From Marsupella aquatica (Eukaryota > Plantae > Marchantiophyta): a stretch of DNA of 64,000 bases. Both the position numbers and the translations under genes were made by a program. This document shows positions 51,631 through 64,000 of the stretch, one piece after another. Location: positions 5,542,944 through 5,606,943 of the forward strand of contig OZ316894.1 of NCBI GenBank assembly GCA_973895155.1, in the 5' to 3' direction. The notes below the pieces were generated by a model. It searched no databases. It saw nothing but the letters and a program-made list of their open reading frames with translations, and had not been told where the DNA came from. How positions within the stretch are numbered: the first letter of the stretch is position 1; each line of letters opens with the position of its first letter.

Positions 51631-53359
51631 CTTTCTTTGAAAACATGTTATGGTGGGGCCATGATTGAGCCCATTTTTTAATGTAAATAAAAATCATGAC
51701 AAACAACATGAATGCTTATACTTTGACATACATCATAGTCATGTGTTTTCTTATCCACATGATGAGCCATGGAGTTACGAACAGGCTCCACTCTAGAAGT
51801 CTAGGTCCCAACTCTAGCTTGTAGTTGACGCTAGTTATAAGTTAAATATATAGAGAGACTGGACTGTAGGAACATAACTCCGGTCACTGAGCACCATCAA
51901 CTTATTTACCTCCAAGCAGTAACAAACACCCAAGCAGCAGCGTCTTCCGCAAAAGTGTCTCCAGCTAAGATGGAGGTGTCCTCATTCCTAGAACTGAGCA
52001 ACCCTAACTAGCGTGGCCCATTGCCACCCAGCCTAACTGACCATGTTGCCAAAATGGAAACCCTAACTTGGCCGTTGGTGCCTAAATGGTCCCACTTGGA
52101 GCTCATTAATATAGTGGACAGCTACAGGACAAAAATGAACTGAAGTTCCATGATGAAACAACTGACTATCTGTTATCTTGTTAGCTAGGGAGCCTACTTG
52201 GGTTTGTCCTATTGAGATTTTTGATATGTATTATTTGTTGTTTTGATCTTCCTTGGATAAGGTGAATTTTTTGTATTATTAGACTTTGAATTATCCCCTC
52301 TTTTGGTCTATACTTATTCTTCAATCTTGCAGGGGAGAGGAGGGTGAAAGCAAGACAAGTCTTGTACACTTCTCCTTTCATATGGCTAGTGGCTGTTTAA
52401 CCACAATTCACAGTTTGTTTCTTAAGTTTATGGCTTTGAGTGGCTTACATGTCCCTAACCAACGTCACTATGGGAGAGCCATGAAGGGCCACTACTTTTT
52501 TGAAAGATTCCCAAATTTTCACAAGTTAAACACTTGTAGACTAGAAAAGTGACATGTGAGGACAAAAGTGGGGTCCAAGGTGGGGTAAGCACTTTTGGAA
52601 CCCGCTTTGGAATCTGAGCATCTCCAATGGTGCACTGGCTGCAAACCGCCCAAAAGGTCTGTTCTGAGCCATAAAAGTCCCCCTCAAAAGCTACTGTAGT
52701 AGCCCTGAAAAACTTGCAAAAGAAGCCTCCCTAAAAGCCCACCGGTCGGTCTACGCATGAAATCTACTGCCACCCCAAACCCATGGTGCAAAGTGGGACC
52801 CATTGTGCAAGACCCCAACTTAATTCCCTCCATGAGTTTACAAAGGGAGTGCATATTCAACAGGAGGGAGTCGAGCCTTGCATACCACCAACACCCAGCT
52901 CCACACCTCAGGCCATAGCCCATCTTAAATTTTTTGCTTTTGCAAATCCAAATGGCATACCTAGCTGAAATCGCCCAGAAGCTAGTTAGTAGTCTTCTCG
53001 TGGTATGAGTGGCTTTTTAGATGTCATTATTTATCTTCTCCTGCCTGGAGAAAACCTTTCTTTTCCTCGACTCCCACGCTGAGCCTTTGGATGGATGCCT
53101 TTCTTTCTCGCTTTCTTTGCAACTTCAAATCACGTGCGCAGATGACATCCCATAGAAGCTAGGTGGGGTATTAAATTCCCTCGTTGGACAAGAGTTCCAA
53201 TGGAAGTGTTACATGGAATGGCTAGGATGGCATGTCAAATCTTTGGAAGTCTGGCCAAACATTGTGGGAGTCTCAATTGGTTTTGGAAGTGTGCGCAAAA
53301 TTTTCAGAAGTGTGTTCAACTAAATCTCTGTCAATGATATTCTCAGTCCAGTCCCTCTG

Positions 53360-53790
53360 TTTTGAGCTAGTCTTTATTTTGTGTTTTGTCACCCCTGAAT
53401 ATATCTTGCCATCCACAACTAGTAGTCTCCTTTTTGAGTTAGTCCATACTTTGTCATTTGGTACCCCTCAATCGTACCACCCACAGCTAATAATCATAGA
53501 TTGATTGACTGGCTTTTTGAGGTGTCAATATCCTGTCCTGTTTTGTTTTCTCCATCCAAAGCTAGCAGTTTCCATTTTGAGCTAGTCCTTGTCTTTTGGT
53601 ACCCCTCAAATGAATCTTGCCATCCACAACTAGTGGTCTCCTTTATGAGCTAGTCCTTGCCTTTTGGTACCCCTCAATCTGGGCCACAATCTTGCCATCC
53701 ACAACTAGTGGTCTCCATTTGAGCTCCTGGTCTTTTGGTACCCTCAATATTGCCATCCACAAACTAGTAGTCTCCAGTTTGAGCTACTCC
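53360..53790. repeat. Degenerate tandem repeat with a unit of about 60-75 bp, about 5 copies
   Basis: TTGCCATCCACAACTAGT.GTCTCC..TTGAGCTAGTCC..TTTTGGTACCC(C)TCAA recurs. Confidence 0.8.
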
Positions 53791-54492
53791 TTATTTAGTC
53801 CAACACTATGTGCAAAATTGAGGAATGCCTTTTTGTGCAAATCCAAATTGCATGGCAGTTGAAATCACATAGAAGCTAGTAGTCCTCTCGTGAAATGAGT
53901 GGCTGCTAGAGGTGTGAGTATCACATTCTTAGGGCTCCTCCTCTGTCAATCTGAGTGTGCAATTCAGGCCAGCAGTTACTCCATGCCACAGCTGAAATTA
54001 ATAACAAGGTCAATCCTTCTCAGCTCAGAAATGATATAATTGACCATCTCTGGAGTAGGAAAGGGTCTGGTTATTCTAACGGTTGATGCTCTTAGGTGAG
54101 TGAGTGACCATTTCAGCTAATACATATCAAAGTGGAAGCTCAGCCATAAGCAAAGAAGCCCAAATTTGAGAAGCACGGAAATGGCCAAGCTGGAACCTGC
54201 TCCAAAGTACATGATGAAGCCAAAGGATGCCACTAAGCGGCCTGCCATTTGCAAGATAACATTACTAGTGGGAGAACATTACTAGGCTTGATTGGGGGCT
54301 TGATTGATGTTAATTTGATCCGATGGAAAGCTCTCAAGAGTAGGACAGGTTTGGAGATTGATTCCAGCAAGTACGTTGAGTAGTATGCCTAGCTAGTCGA
54401 GTAGTATGCTTTAATGTGCATGAGCTTGGTTGGCTCAGCGTTGTTGCAGAAAGTTTATATGTGCATGGTCGACAATTTAGGTGTGAGTGACC

Positions 54493-57320
54493 GCGCCCGC
54501 TTCCTATTCTCTTCCCCTTCAAGTTTCAGAGGTATGAATTACACAGCCGGTATTTGGAAGGCATGGGTCCAGGTTCGAAGGAAACTTCTGTGTGTCCCAC
54601 ACTCCCATCTTATTCCGGCAAGATGGAGAATTCAGGACTTTCTTTCTCTGACCTTCCGCTCCCATGACCTCCATCTCTCTTCTCTTCCAAGAATTATCTC
54701 GGCTTGTACTCGTATTAATATTTGTTCGGTGCATGACCTGTGGGATTGGGACACAGGGGGATGGGTTGATTTTTCGGCCAAGTTATCCAGGTGTCGCGGC
54801 TTGGGCACCACGTATCTGGCTCTTTTGACTCACATTTTGATGCTGGTCCAGAGTGGCCCTCCTCCCTCTCCTTCTGGGGTCTTTGATGCTACACATTGGT
54901 TTTGGCAGGGACGGAAACGATTGGGTGGTCAATGTCTTTTGAGCAGCTCGCTAGCATATACATATATGGATCATTCTTTGTGTGATTATGCCTCTTTTAA
55001 CAACCGTTGGAACTCTTTGGATTCAGCTTTGGTCTGGAGAAGGATCTGGTGTTCTGATCTGTCTCATAGAGGGAAGATTTTCCTCTGGCGGGTCATTGCT
55101 GCTGGGCTGTTCACTGGGAAGAGAGCACGCCAATGCGGCAATGGAGATGGTTGCTGCCCTTTCTGCAGAGTACTAATTGAAGACTGCCGGCACATTTTCT
55201 TCTCGTGTCCTCAAGCCATTGCTGCCTGGAACAGAACTGCCTGGTTCTACGAACGTGCCCCTGCTTTGTCTCATCTCCCAGGTGGCCAATCTTTTATTAG
55301 CACATTAGATTTGGCCCTAGGACGTTCTCCTCGTTTATCTACTCGCCTATTTGTTTTATACGAAACCCTGTGGACCCTATGGAAAAATAGAAACGCTCGG
55401 TTGTTTCAGGGTACCCAGTTAGTTTTCTCCCCCTATGCTGTAGCCTCCTCTGTTGTTTTTCACCTACGGTCGGTGGCCCTTTGCTCGGATTCTGAGAACA
55501 AAAAAAAAGATTGCATTATGCACAGAAATATTTCTCCGGACCTCTTGGCCCTTGCCATCATAGCTGAAACATCTATCCACACCAATTCACTTTCACCCTC
55601 TTCACAGTTTCCTCTCTCCTCCTGTGTCGACTACTACTTTATTAGCCATGCTCCCTTACGCTCTCTCCTCCCAGGAAGCATTCTTCTCGGCCTATTGTTC
55701 ATTGTTTTTTTTCCACTACACCGTCCATTGATTCAATGTTTTCCCAGTAAACTTCCTATTTCCCTCCAAGTGTAGAGTTCATATATACTTAGTTCCAACG
55801 AATTACTGGCTTTTGGTGATGATCATATCGAGTGCACTACGATGGATCTGTCTCCTCTCCTCTTCGAGCATTTATGTGGAGTTGCTGCTCGCTCGCCGAG
55901 GAAGATCATCTCCTACTTCCTACTCCTTGCCGCGTGACAGTCCGGACAGTTTCTTCATGGGCCATTGATTTTGGATCTCTTATTGTATTTGGTTGACTTG
56001 CTCCACATTTTGGCAAGTTCTATGATAGTATAGATTGCTTTGCTTTCGGTTGTAGTGCCAGCCTTCTATTTTCTGGGCTCCTCCCTCCTACAGCTGCTGA
56101 TAGTATTAGTGAGCATTATTAGGTACCTTTTCAGTCCTAGTTCCTAGTTGAGCTCCTTCGGCTGCGCTCTCGGCTGATAATCTTCTTTGGATCAGATCTT
56201 GGTTGCCACCTCCTCCAGCCCCTCGGATTTGTTCATGCTAGCGGTGTTTCTTCGCATTCGTTTTCATTCGGAGTTTCCAAGGACAATTATTCCAGCTGTG
56301 CCGCACTATTGCCGGATCGTCATCTTTCTCCCTTCACGTCGCTCAGTTCACTCAGTTTCCGACTCCTTCTTCTCCACACCAGTCTTTCGGAAAAACACAT
56401 CTTGTTCCTTCCCGACACTCTGATTCACCCTCCTCTTGGGCGTCCCTCACTTCTCACACACCTTCTGCGGATCAATAGTCCAACAAATACCATGGTCTGG
56501 GGACACTCTTATCTGCGTAGTCTTGCTTTCTACTTCAGGAAGGCTGGCAGGTGGTGATGGCATGCTATTGTTGGTGCATCTGGTGGCAAGCGGAACAAGC
56601 TATTGGTGGGGACTTAGTCATTTTGTTGGGACTCTCCTCCGGCCGTGGCGTCCTGCTGTGCCTTGCTCGGTTGTCAAGCAAGTTTTGAAAATTTTGGGTA
56701 TGGAAGTTGCTGCCAAGGTAGTATCCTGGGCTTCTTGTATTGGGCCGGTTGTTGAGTGGGCATCGGCTATCCGGTGGTGGGCCAGGTCTCATATGGATGG
56801 GGTTTTACTATTGCATTCAGCGCGCATTACATATGACAAGCCAATGGTGGGGTTCTGGCGGAGTGTTTGGGGCTTCTGGTTTTGGATGGCATGCAAAGAA
56901 AGACAATACGGGAGGTACGAATATGAAGGTGGGAGTTGCTGACGTGGTGGCTTTTGGGGTTTCCTGTGGCGGTGGTGGGAGGTGGCTCCTTGTCTGTCCT
57001 CGGTGGGTTCTCTGGTCTTGGGTGCAGCCCTTGGCTGATTGGCTTAGGTTCTAGGTTTAGATTGGTTGTCAGCAGCCTTTCGCTTAGTGGGGCTTCCTCT
57101 CCTCTCTCTCCTGCCTCCTTCTCTTAGGCAGCTGGACGGGGAGTACCCGGTTCTCTCTTTTCTCTGGGGGTGCTCCCTCTACTTAGCCCCCCTTGGTTGG
57201 CTTTTTTTCCTCCTGTCTCCTCCTCCCAGACAGGTATTATTGTTCTGTGTCCTTTTCGGGCTCAATTTCGCATTTGAATAAAGTTTTTATTTGTTGAAAA
57301 AATAAAAATAAAAATAAAAA
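54493..57320 (+). mobile_element. 5'-truncated L1-clade LINE (zf-RVT region plus about 1.7 kb 3' tail)
   Basis: GKIFLWRV..GLFTG...CPFC...EDCRHIFFSCP and LWTLWKNRN; AATAAA plus A-rich tail at 57277-57320; 16-bp TSD TTAGGTGTGAGTGACC (54477-54492 / 57321-57336). Confidence 0.9.
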
Positions 57321-58479
57321 TTAGGTGTGAGTGACCCACATTTTGTTTTTCCCTACCACTTTGTTGGTTTTTTATATGATAGCTTAAAAGTGCTAAATTA
57401 TTCACTCAGGCCAAAATCTGTACGTCGTATACAAGTTGACCTTGATCTTGGACGGTGTACATTTCAACCTGGATTCTCCTCATTGGGCCGGGCCCAATGT
57501 TAAAACTCTCCCAAACTGTGGGCGAATAACCTGCATTTATAGGCTCCACTTCATCGCCACACCAAACAGAACGTGCCCATATTAAAATGTCAATGCTCAC
57601 TGATTCAGCTGACTGTACAAGATTCTAAAAGGAAGAATGATTCTGATCCAGTTGCCTAGTAAGATTTAAGTTTGAGCCCTAGTCCAATTATCCCCTGAGT
57701 GTCAGGTCCAAATCCATAAGAGCATGGGAAACACTAAATTCTTCAGAAACTCCTAAATTTTGGTTGGTCATTCATATTTTTGGAGTCTAGAGAAAAAGCC
57801 AGATCTGCTTCGAAAACCATGTTAGAAAAGCATAGACCGCTTTCAACTGTATCTACAATTGCATTTGTCCATCACTTTTTTCAAAGTTTGAGGTCATGAC
57901 ATATTTACAAGCTCTCAATTTGGAAGCGGTTAACAAATTCTCATAACATATAGAGCAACAACACACAGGGTCTGGATATTCCAACTATTCAAAATTGTCC
58001 CAAACATCGCACAATTACAAAGTTGCTTGTCACTTTGTAAATGCCTTTCTAAAATGCCCAGAAAGAAATGCTAATAAATTATGTATCAAATTCTAGATGG
58101 GGCAAGCCATCATAGTCTCAAAATCCTGCTGGTCTTTTGTAGTGTCTGGGACATAAATATTGATGGCCTCAAGTTCTGGAGCTAGAAATTTAGGAGTCAA
58201 AACTTCTACCTCTACATGAACAGTCAATGGAGAGTGTTGAATAGGCCAATTTAGTGGTGGAGCTTCTCCATCCTTGCTTTCATTTTATTTGTCTTCAAGT
58301 TCAACTGGGTCATCAAAACACGCACCAATTAATGGTGCCAACCAGTCAGGCAATGTGAACAGTTTCAGAAGTGTAGTTTTTGCATACCGTCAACTAGGTC
58401 CCAATTTGCAGCAGCCATTTCTTTCTGCGCAGTCCCCAACGCAGTCACACTTGCCTTCAAAACTTCATGTTCAACTTCA

Positions 58480-59245
58480 GTTTTAATTTTTTCCTTTTTT
58501 TTTAAAGGGGAAATCTTTGAAACCCCACAAAAAGGGAATAGTCAGTTGCAGTAATTGAACACTAGACCTATGAGACGACTCAACTGAGCTATCACACAAC
58601 CATGTCTCTGTGGGCTCAAATTGCAATTCCTTGGCGTCCTCCTTGACCCTCTTGTTGCCTTGAGGTCTCTTCCTGTTGTCACATTGCCCAACATCCTCAG
58701 TTTTGTTGGGTAGGTCCTGTACAGCACCCTCAACAAAGAAATCTTCAATCACAATTGAAATCAAAGGAGAGTTCTCCTTTGAAACTGGCACACTTTGGGC
58801 TGCAACTTTGTTCCCATTCTTGGAAGATATCTCATTTGACAGATTGCCCCACTGTGGGCCATCTTTCAATCTGCTTTCAGTAGCCAAAATTAGCGAAGAA
58901 AAGGTTCTCCATGGTTCTCTTTGTATAATTCTTTGGTCTTGATCAATGTATCATTGTCATGCGTCCCAGAAATCTGCAGGGCTCCTATCTGCTAAAAGAC
59001 TTCAATGAACTTTGCCACCATGTGTTTGAAATTGCTTCACTTTCTTTCCAATGATATTCAGCCCCTAGATTCTGCACTGACGTGTGCTTCTTGTGGGGCT
59101 CTTGCATGTGTACCCCTTCCCAAAGTCTCTTGGGCCTCTGCCTAGAACCAAGACACTGGTCTTGGGGCACATGTATGATGCTATAGCAGACTTGCTTCAG
59201 CTCCTCGTTTAAATAACTCTTCCCAATGCTTGCTGCCATTGTGAT
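58480..59245 (-). pseudogene. Decayed PIF/Harbinger Myb/SANT-like (NAM-associated) ORF
   Basis: GKSYLNEELKQVCYSIIHVPQDQCLGSRQRPKRLWEGV, then across frameshifts VAKF...SGT.DND...KELYKE.HGEPF and LKDGPQW. This is the typical motif order of Harbinger DNA-binding ORFs. Confidence 0.65.
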
Positions 59246-61302
59246 GTACCTCTATCCGAGCCTCTATCCGCAAATTCCCCTACAAAAATGCACTGTTCAT
59301 CACAAGGTCTGCAGGAGGCACATTGCCAACAATAATGATTTTCTTGTGTAAGGCTCCGGGGCAGGAATTGGCAAAAGAGTTGCATCCATTTGCCAAAATT
59401 GCCAGTTTCTTGTAGAAGCTGGACCCACACACCCATGTTGTCGCATGGTGTCTACACTATGGTCAATTCATATGAAAGTCGGCAGAGGGGCACTGTCAAT
59501 CCTCTGTCACCCTTTTCTGCTAGAAATGGAGGTTGAGAGGCAGTGTAATTTGTGTTAGCCGCCAAAAATACTGGGTGGAGGACATACCAGTGGGTTGTGT
59601 CCCTACCAAATACCAGCTGCTAGAAGATGAGTTGTGGTTGCCCGCCCCAATAGTCCCACTGCTGGACATGCGCCATAACCAGTGTGCTGAGGGCACAAGT
59701 ACCAAGTCACCTAAAACTGATTTTGCCCTTTTGGATCCTTTCTCCCAGTTTGGCAGTTTTGTTCTTTGGCATTGTGATATGTAATATAATTATTCTTCAT
59801 TGTCTTAATGATGTTCATAAAAATTCATGTAACACTCTACAAACGAAAGATTGACTATTCTTCTTAACATCACAATCTTTTGAGTGGAAACCCTTTGATT
59901 ATTATAAACTCTAGAAAGGACTAATTAATTATTCTTATTAACATCAGAAGTTTTTGGGTGGGAAACACAAATGTAATCAAAACCTCTAATTTTGAGTGGG
60001 TTTACACTTGCTTTTTTTCTGGTTAGGTGTTTGTCCCCCTTGGAACTCATTTTCTTTCCTTTCATTGTACTTTGTTTTTCCCTTATTTATAAATTTTGCT
60101 GGAAGATTCCCTTTTGAGTGGGAAACATTACACTCTAAAAACGGAATAGTTAGTTAATTATTCTTGTGAACATCATAATCTTTTTAGGGGGGAAACACTA
60201 GACTTTATAAATGAATGGTTAGATGATTCCTCTCAATGTCATCAAATTTTTTTTTGGGTGGGAAACACTACAAGACAAGCTACTTTAATTTCTTTTTGTA
60301 CTCCTCGCACCTGGAAAATTCCTTTGCTGATTTATCTAGATTTTTTAGTCCTAAAAGCTTGGACGGTTGCTTAAAGTTGGAATAACCTTATGAAAGTATT
60401 TTAAAGTTTGTCTTGAATATTTGTCAGTTCAATTCTATCACACTGGACAATTCTTTGTGAAAAATTTCCATGAATGGACTTTCATGTAGTTGGAAAGATG
60501 CAAATTTGTTTCTTTTCTAAGACAAAAACAAGATTCAACTAAACTACTTTTACGAAATTCACCCCAATTTTTGTAAATCATAATAACTTTGCTCCCTTGC
60601 CCATAAATAACGTATGAAGGAAAATAATAATCTAGATTGTTAAAAAATTGCAAACTATGAATTAAACTTAATTTTCCTTTCTCAACTGAATTATTTATTT
60701 CTTCGGAAACCATTTGATTCTCAAAAAGAGAAATAATATTGAAAGATTTATACCAAGAGAACTTGTTTTTCCATGAAAGGTTTCTGTGATAAATTGTCAA
60801 AATGCTGATTGAAGTTTCTAAAAGATTTGTGTAGATATCTATATAAAAGACCATGAACTTTTATTACAGTGAGATTCACGAATGTGAGCAATACTTAAAG
60901 CGTATGAAGGATATACAACAAAGTACAGGTAGTGCAATAACATTAAACCATTTAAAAGAAGAATCTCATGACGACCCCCTTTGAAAGTACCTCCCAAATT
61001 CTCTGGCACCATGAGCGGCCACATCAGCATATTTAGGTGTCTATGTTTTTCTTAATAAACAAACACTATTGTGTGTGTTTTGATGCCATGCCAGAAACAA
61101 TGGATCAAACCAAGAACTGTAAAAAAATATAAAAGTTTAAAAAATGGATTTTTTATCATGTCCAAGTGACCAGTGCATGCTGGGTAACTTAGTCTCCCAT
61201 TATTGATTGCCAATTCTCAATCTTTCTTGGACTTATTTATGAGCAAGAAAACATTGGACATCCACTTACTGCCATATATAGGGTCGGCAGCTAACTCTCT
61301 AC

Positions 61303-61645
61303 TGTTAGGCATTTATTATTACTTAGGTATAGGGTTGTACAACTGCAATTGTAGTTATATAGGGCTGACCTTGTGGACTAGGTTAGATTAACTAGGATGA
61401 ACACATTTGACTCATTGTTATGGAGCTAGTCCAGATATAGGGAGATCTATAATACTCAATCCTCAGATATTATTATTGAGCACTCTATATGATCGACGAG
61501 CCTAGAGTGCAGTAAAACTCTCGTGTGTTCCCATGGACGTAGCTTTAGATGAGGGGATTAAACCACGTATCTCTAGATCTATTTTGACTACTTGTACGTT
61601 GGATGTTCATGGGCTTACCATTGTGGGTGTCATCTTTGCTCAACA
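61303..61645. mobile_element. 343-bp solo LTR (family C, second copy)
   Basis: TGTTAG...CTCAACA with TSD TCTAC / TTTAC (one mismatch). Shares CCTAGAGTGCAGTAAA.CTCT.GTGTGTTCCC.TGGACGTAGC..AACCACGTATCTCT with 35791-36151. Confidence 0.8.
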
Positions 61646-62489
61646 TTTACCTAAGTAGGATCATGCCTATTTACCTGAGCTCAATTACCACCTATGTGGC
61701 TATTTTGAATAACACAAGTTTGATCAACAATTATTTAACTAAAGGTGGATGGTCACACCCAACAGGTAATGCTCGTGGACATTGACCTTGGGCAGCTCTG
61801 TTGAAAGCTCCAAAAAATTGGCTTAGTTTGAGAATGCACACTTAGTGCTGAGTGAATTGGGAGATGATGGGCTTGGGGATGGGCTAAACTTGGGTTACAT
61901 TCCCTTTCATTTACAAGGTAAGAACACTTCCTTAGTTGGTTCATCAATGCGTTTTGAAGGAGGCCCACACAGCTACATTAACCATCATTGCATGACCTGA
62001 TCAGGAATCGCTTAATGGCTTTCTGTGGCTCCAAAACTTTGGATTGTGACAACCAAGGGCTATGAAGAGCAGACAATTGTACCATGGCTTTCTGTGGCTC
62101 CATAACTTTGGATTGTCACAACCAAGGGCTGTTGGAGTGCCTTGAACTCTGAAGGACCTATGGTTCAAGTGTGATTAAGACAAGTACAGTCGGTAGGCTG
62201 TGAGTTGCTTTGTGCCATGAGATTAATATATTATACAATAAAGTGTGGGCCTTTGGTTCCTACCAATGCTTCCTTAGATATAAATAACTAAAAAGCTAAC
62301 TATGTACATGAAATACATTATATTATCTACCCAGAAAGAGATGAAATTCCACAGGCCTATAACGGAAATGAACATTGTTAATCCCAAGCAACATAACAAA
62401 GCCATAATGATAAACAATCTCTTTTTACTTTTACTTATTTGCTGGGCCATTTTTCAAATCGTGTACCAAATTTTATAGGACCCAAGATT

Positions 62490-62715
62490 TCTATCTCCTC
62501 TTTATCCTCTACTAAGTCACAGCTTGTGGCATGACTACTTTCTCTTTATCCTCTACTATAGTCACAGCTTGTGCCATGACTATCTCCTCCTTATCCTCTA
62601 CTATAGCACTACACAAAGACGAGTTGCTTGTCCCATGACAATCTCCTCCTTTAGCCTCTACCATAGTTACAGCTTCATGACTATCTCCTCATTATCCTCT
62701 ACTATAGCACGACAC
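62490..62715. repeat. Tandem repeat with a unit of about 40-60 bp, about 5 copies
   Basis: ATCTCCTC.TTATCCTCTACTATAG(T)CACAGCTT..CATGAC recurs. Confidence 0.75.
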
Positions 62716-64000
62716 CAAGACTCCCTATTTTGCTTTAGACCTCTTGTCCTCTTGAGGCTGCAATCTGGGGCGATAAAGAGGTTTACATTCCACTATGTAG
62801 ATGTAATTTTCACTGATCCATTTACTTTCAGATGTACCCCCTAGCACATCGGTTTTTACTGGTATGTTAGTTTTTGGTGATGGATAAATACATGTAGACA
62901 TTTCCATTTACAATTACTACTATACTATGTGTCACAGCAACATACACTTTTTTTATGAGATTAAGAGACAAAAGATTGAGATACTTCCGAAAACACCATT
63001 GGAATCTACACCGAGAGCAAGGCTATGGATTCAAAGTGTAAGGACTCAAAGTACTGAAGTGACGTGAGGAATCCTCCAAGATTGGACGCAAGGAGATGTG
63101 ATCATGCTTTGCATTGAAAGTCAAACAAATCCTCTGGAATTAGGTGCAAAGGGAGGGAATCCTCCGGAATTGAAGGCAGAGGAAGGTGATTGTGCTATCA
63201 CGACTGAACGAATAGTTCAATCTGATAGTCAGGTTAAGAATCCAGAAATGTGGATTACAAACACATTTCAATTGTACTTTGGCCAATTTGATAAATATAC
63301 AACAAAGAGGACATAGGAGCTGGTGGAGAAAATGGCACACATGCAGCAGCACACGCTCAACTGCGGCAGCTAGAAACAACTTGACAGTTTTCAAGCAAAT
63401 GGATTTTAGACAGCACTAGCAATACCCAACGACGCTTGGCGAACTGACTGAGTGGGCAGAAACAAGGTTTGAGCAGACTCATGCATATGTAATGTTGCAT
63501 ATGAATGCCCGTCGATTCTGTTCCAAGGCCTTGCAAAAGTATCTTCATAACCTTCTCCGGAGGGAAATCGATAACTAAGTTCAAAACGTCTTGCCATAAA
63601 AACCTAAGAAGGTTCTTTAAACCCCCCACCCCATTCACATGCTCAGGGCCTGAAATGGAATACCTTTTCCACAATTACAAAGTTTCATGTAAATAAATCA
63701 TCGAACCTAATGTAAGACATCTGGGAACATTCTGTAAAAACACTATCCTCTTCAATGGAAGAGGGGTCTCTTCAACTCCGAAGGTGACAAAAAATGTCGG
63801 GTTTAGTAAAACGACATTGACCTTCAAAGTTCCAATCACTTTCATTCTCAAGAACCCAAAATTGACACTTCAACAATTGAAGTGCTGACCTACAATGAAA
63901 TGGTATGTTTGATCTATCATCTTTGCCATTCTTCTAAACCTAGATTTTAGCACAGATAGAATTCCTCGGAAGGTATTATCATAGTGGTGGTTGATTCATG

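Noticed and set aside
54414-55775. 453-aa ORF as a complete gene
   Set aside because: Its start lies outside the LINE TSD and its C-terminus appears to be frameshift read-through; it is a truncated LINE ORF2.
57406-58300. Possible Harbinger transposase next to the Myb-like remnant
   Set aside because: No DDE motifs were recognisable in the frames I read.
63098-64000. Degenerate coding-like sequence at the window end
   Set aside because: Multiple stops, no recognisable motif, and truncated by the window.

Overview
This is eukaryotic plant-like genomic DNA with spliceosomal GT-AG introns; a bryophyte or liverwort origin is only my guess. It holds two host genes: an intronless INO80 subunit B (PAPA-1 + zf-HIT) gene at 15193-16668(+) and an 8-exon half-size ABCG transporter at 24032-18566(-). 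Most of the rest is transposon-derived: two 5'-truncated L1-type LINEs with target-site duplications (TSDs), a probable CRE-like LINE tail, a decayed PIF/Harbinger Myb-like ORF, and eight units with integrase-type 5-bp TSDs and no gag/pol (seven with TG..CA ends, one with AGT..ACT ends). The main observation is a family of about 4.4-5.0 kb TG..CA units (three long copies plus one 2.5 kb ORF-less derivative). They look like giant solo LTRs, yet each long copy carries its own protein gene of about 575 aa (N-terminal globular-looking domain plus coiled coil). The gene is intact in the copy at 3027-7621 and conserved at the protein level in the others. One copy (32608-48259) is a nest holding five further insertions, each resolved by an exact TSD. 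Coordinates were read by eye and no database searches were run.
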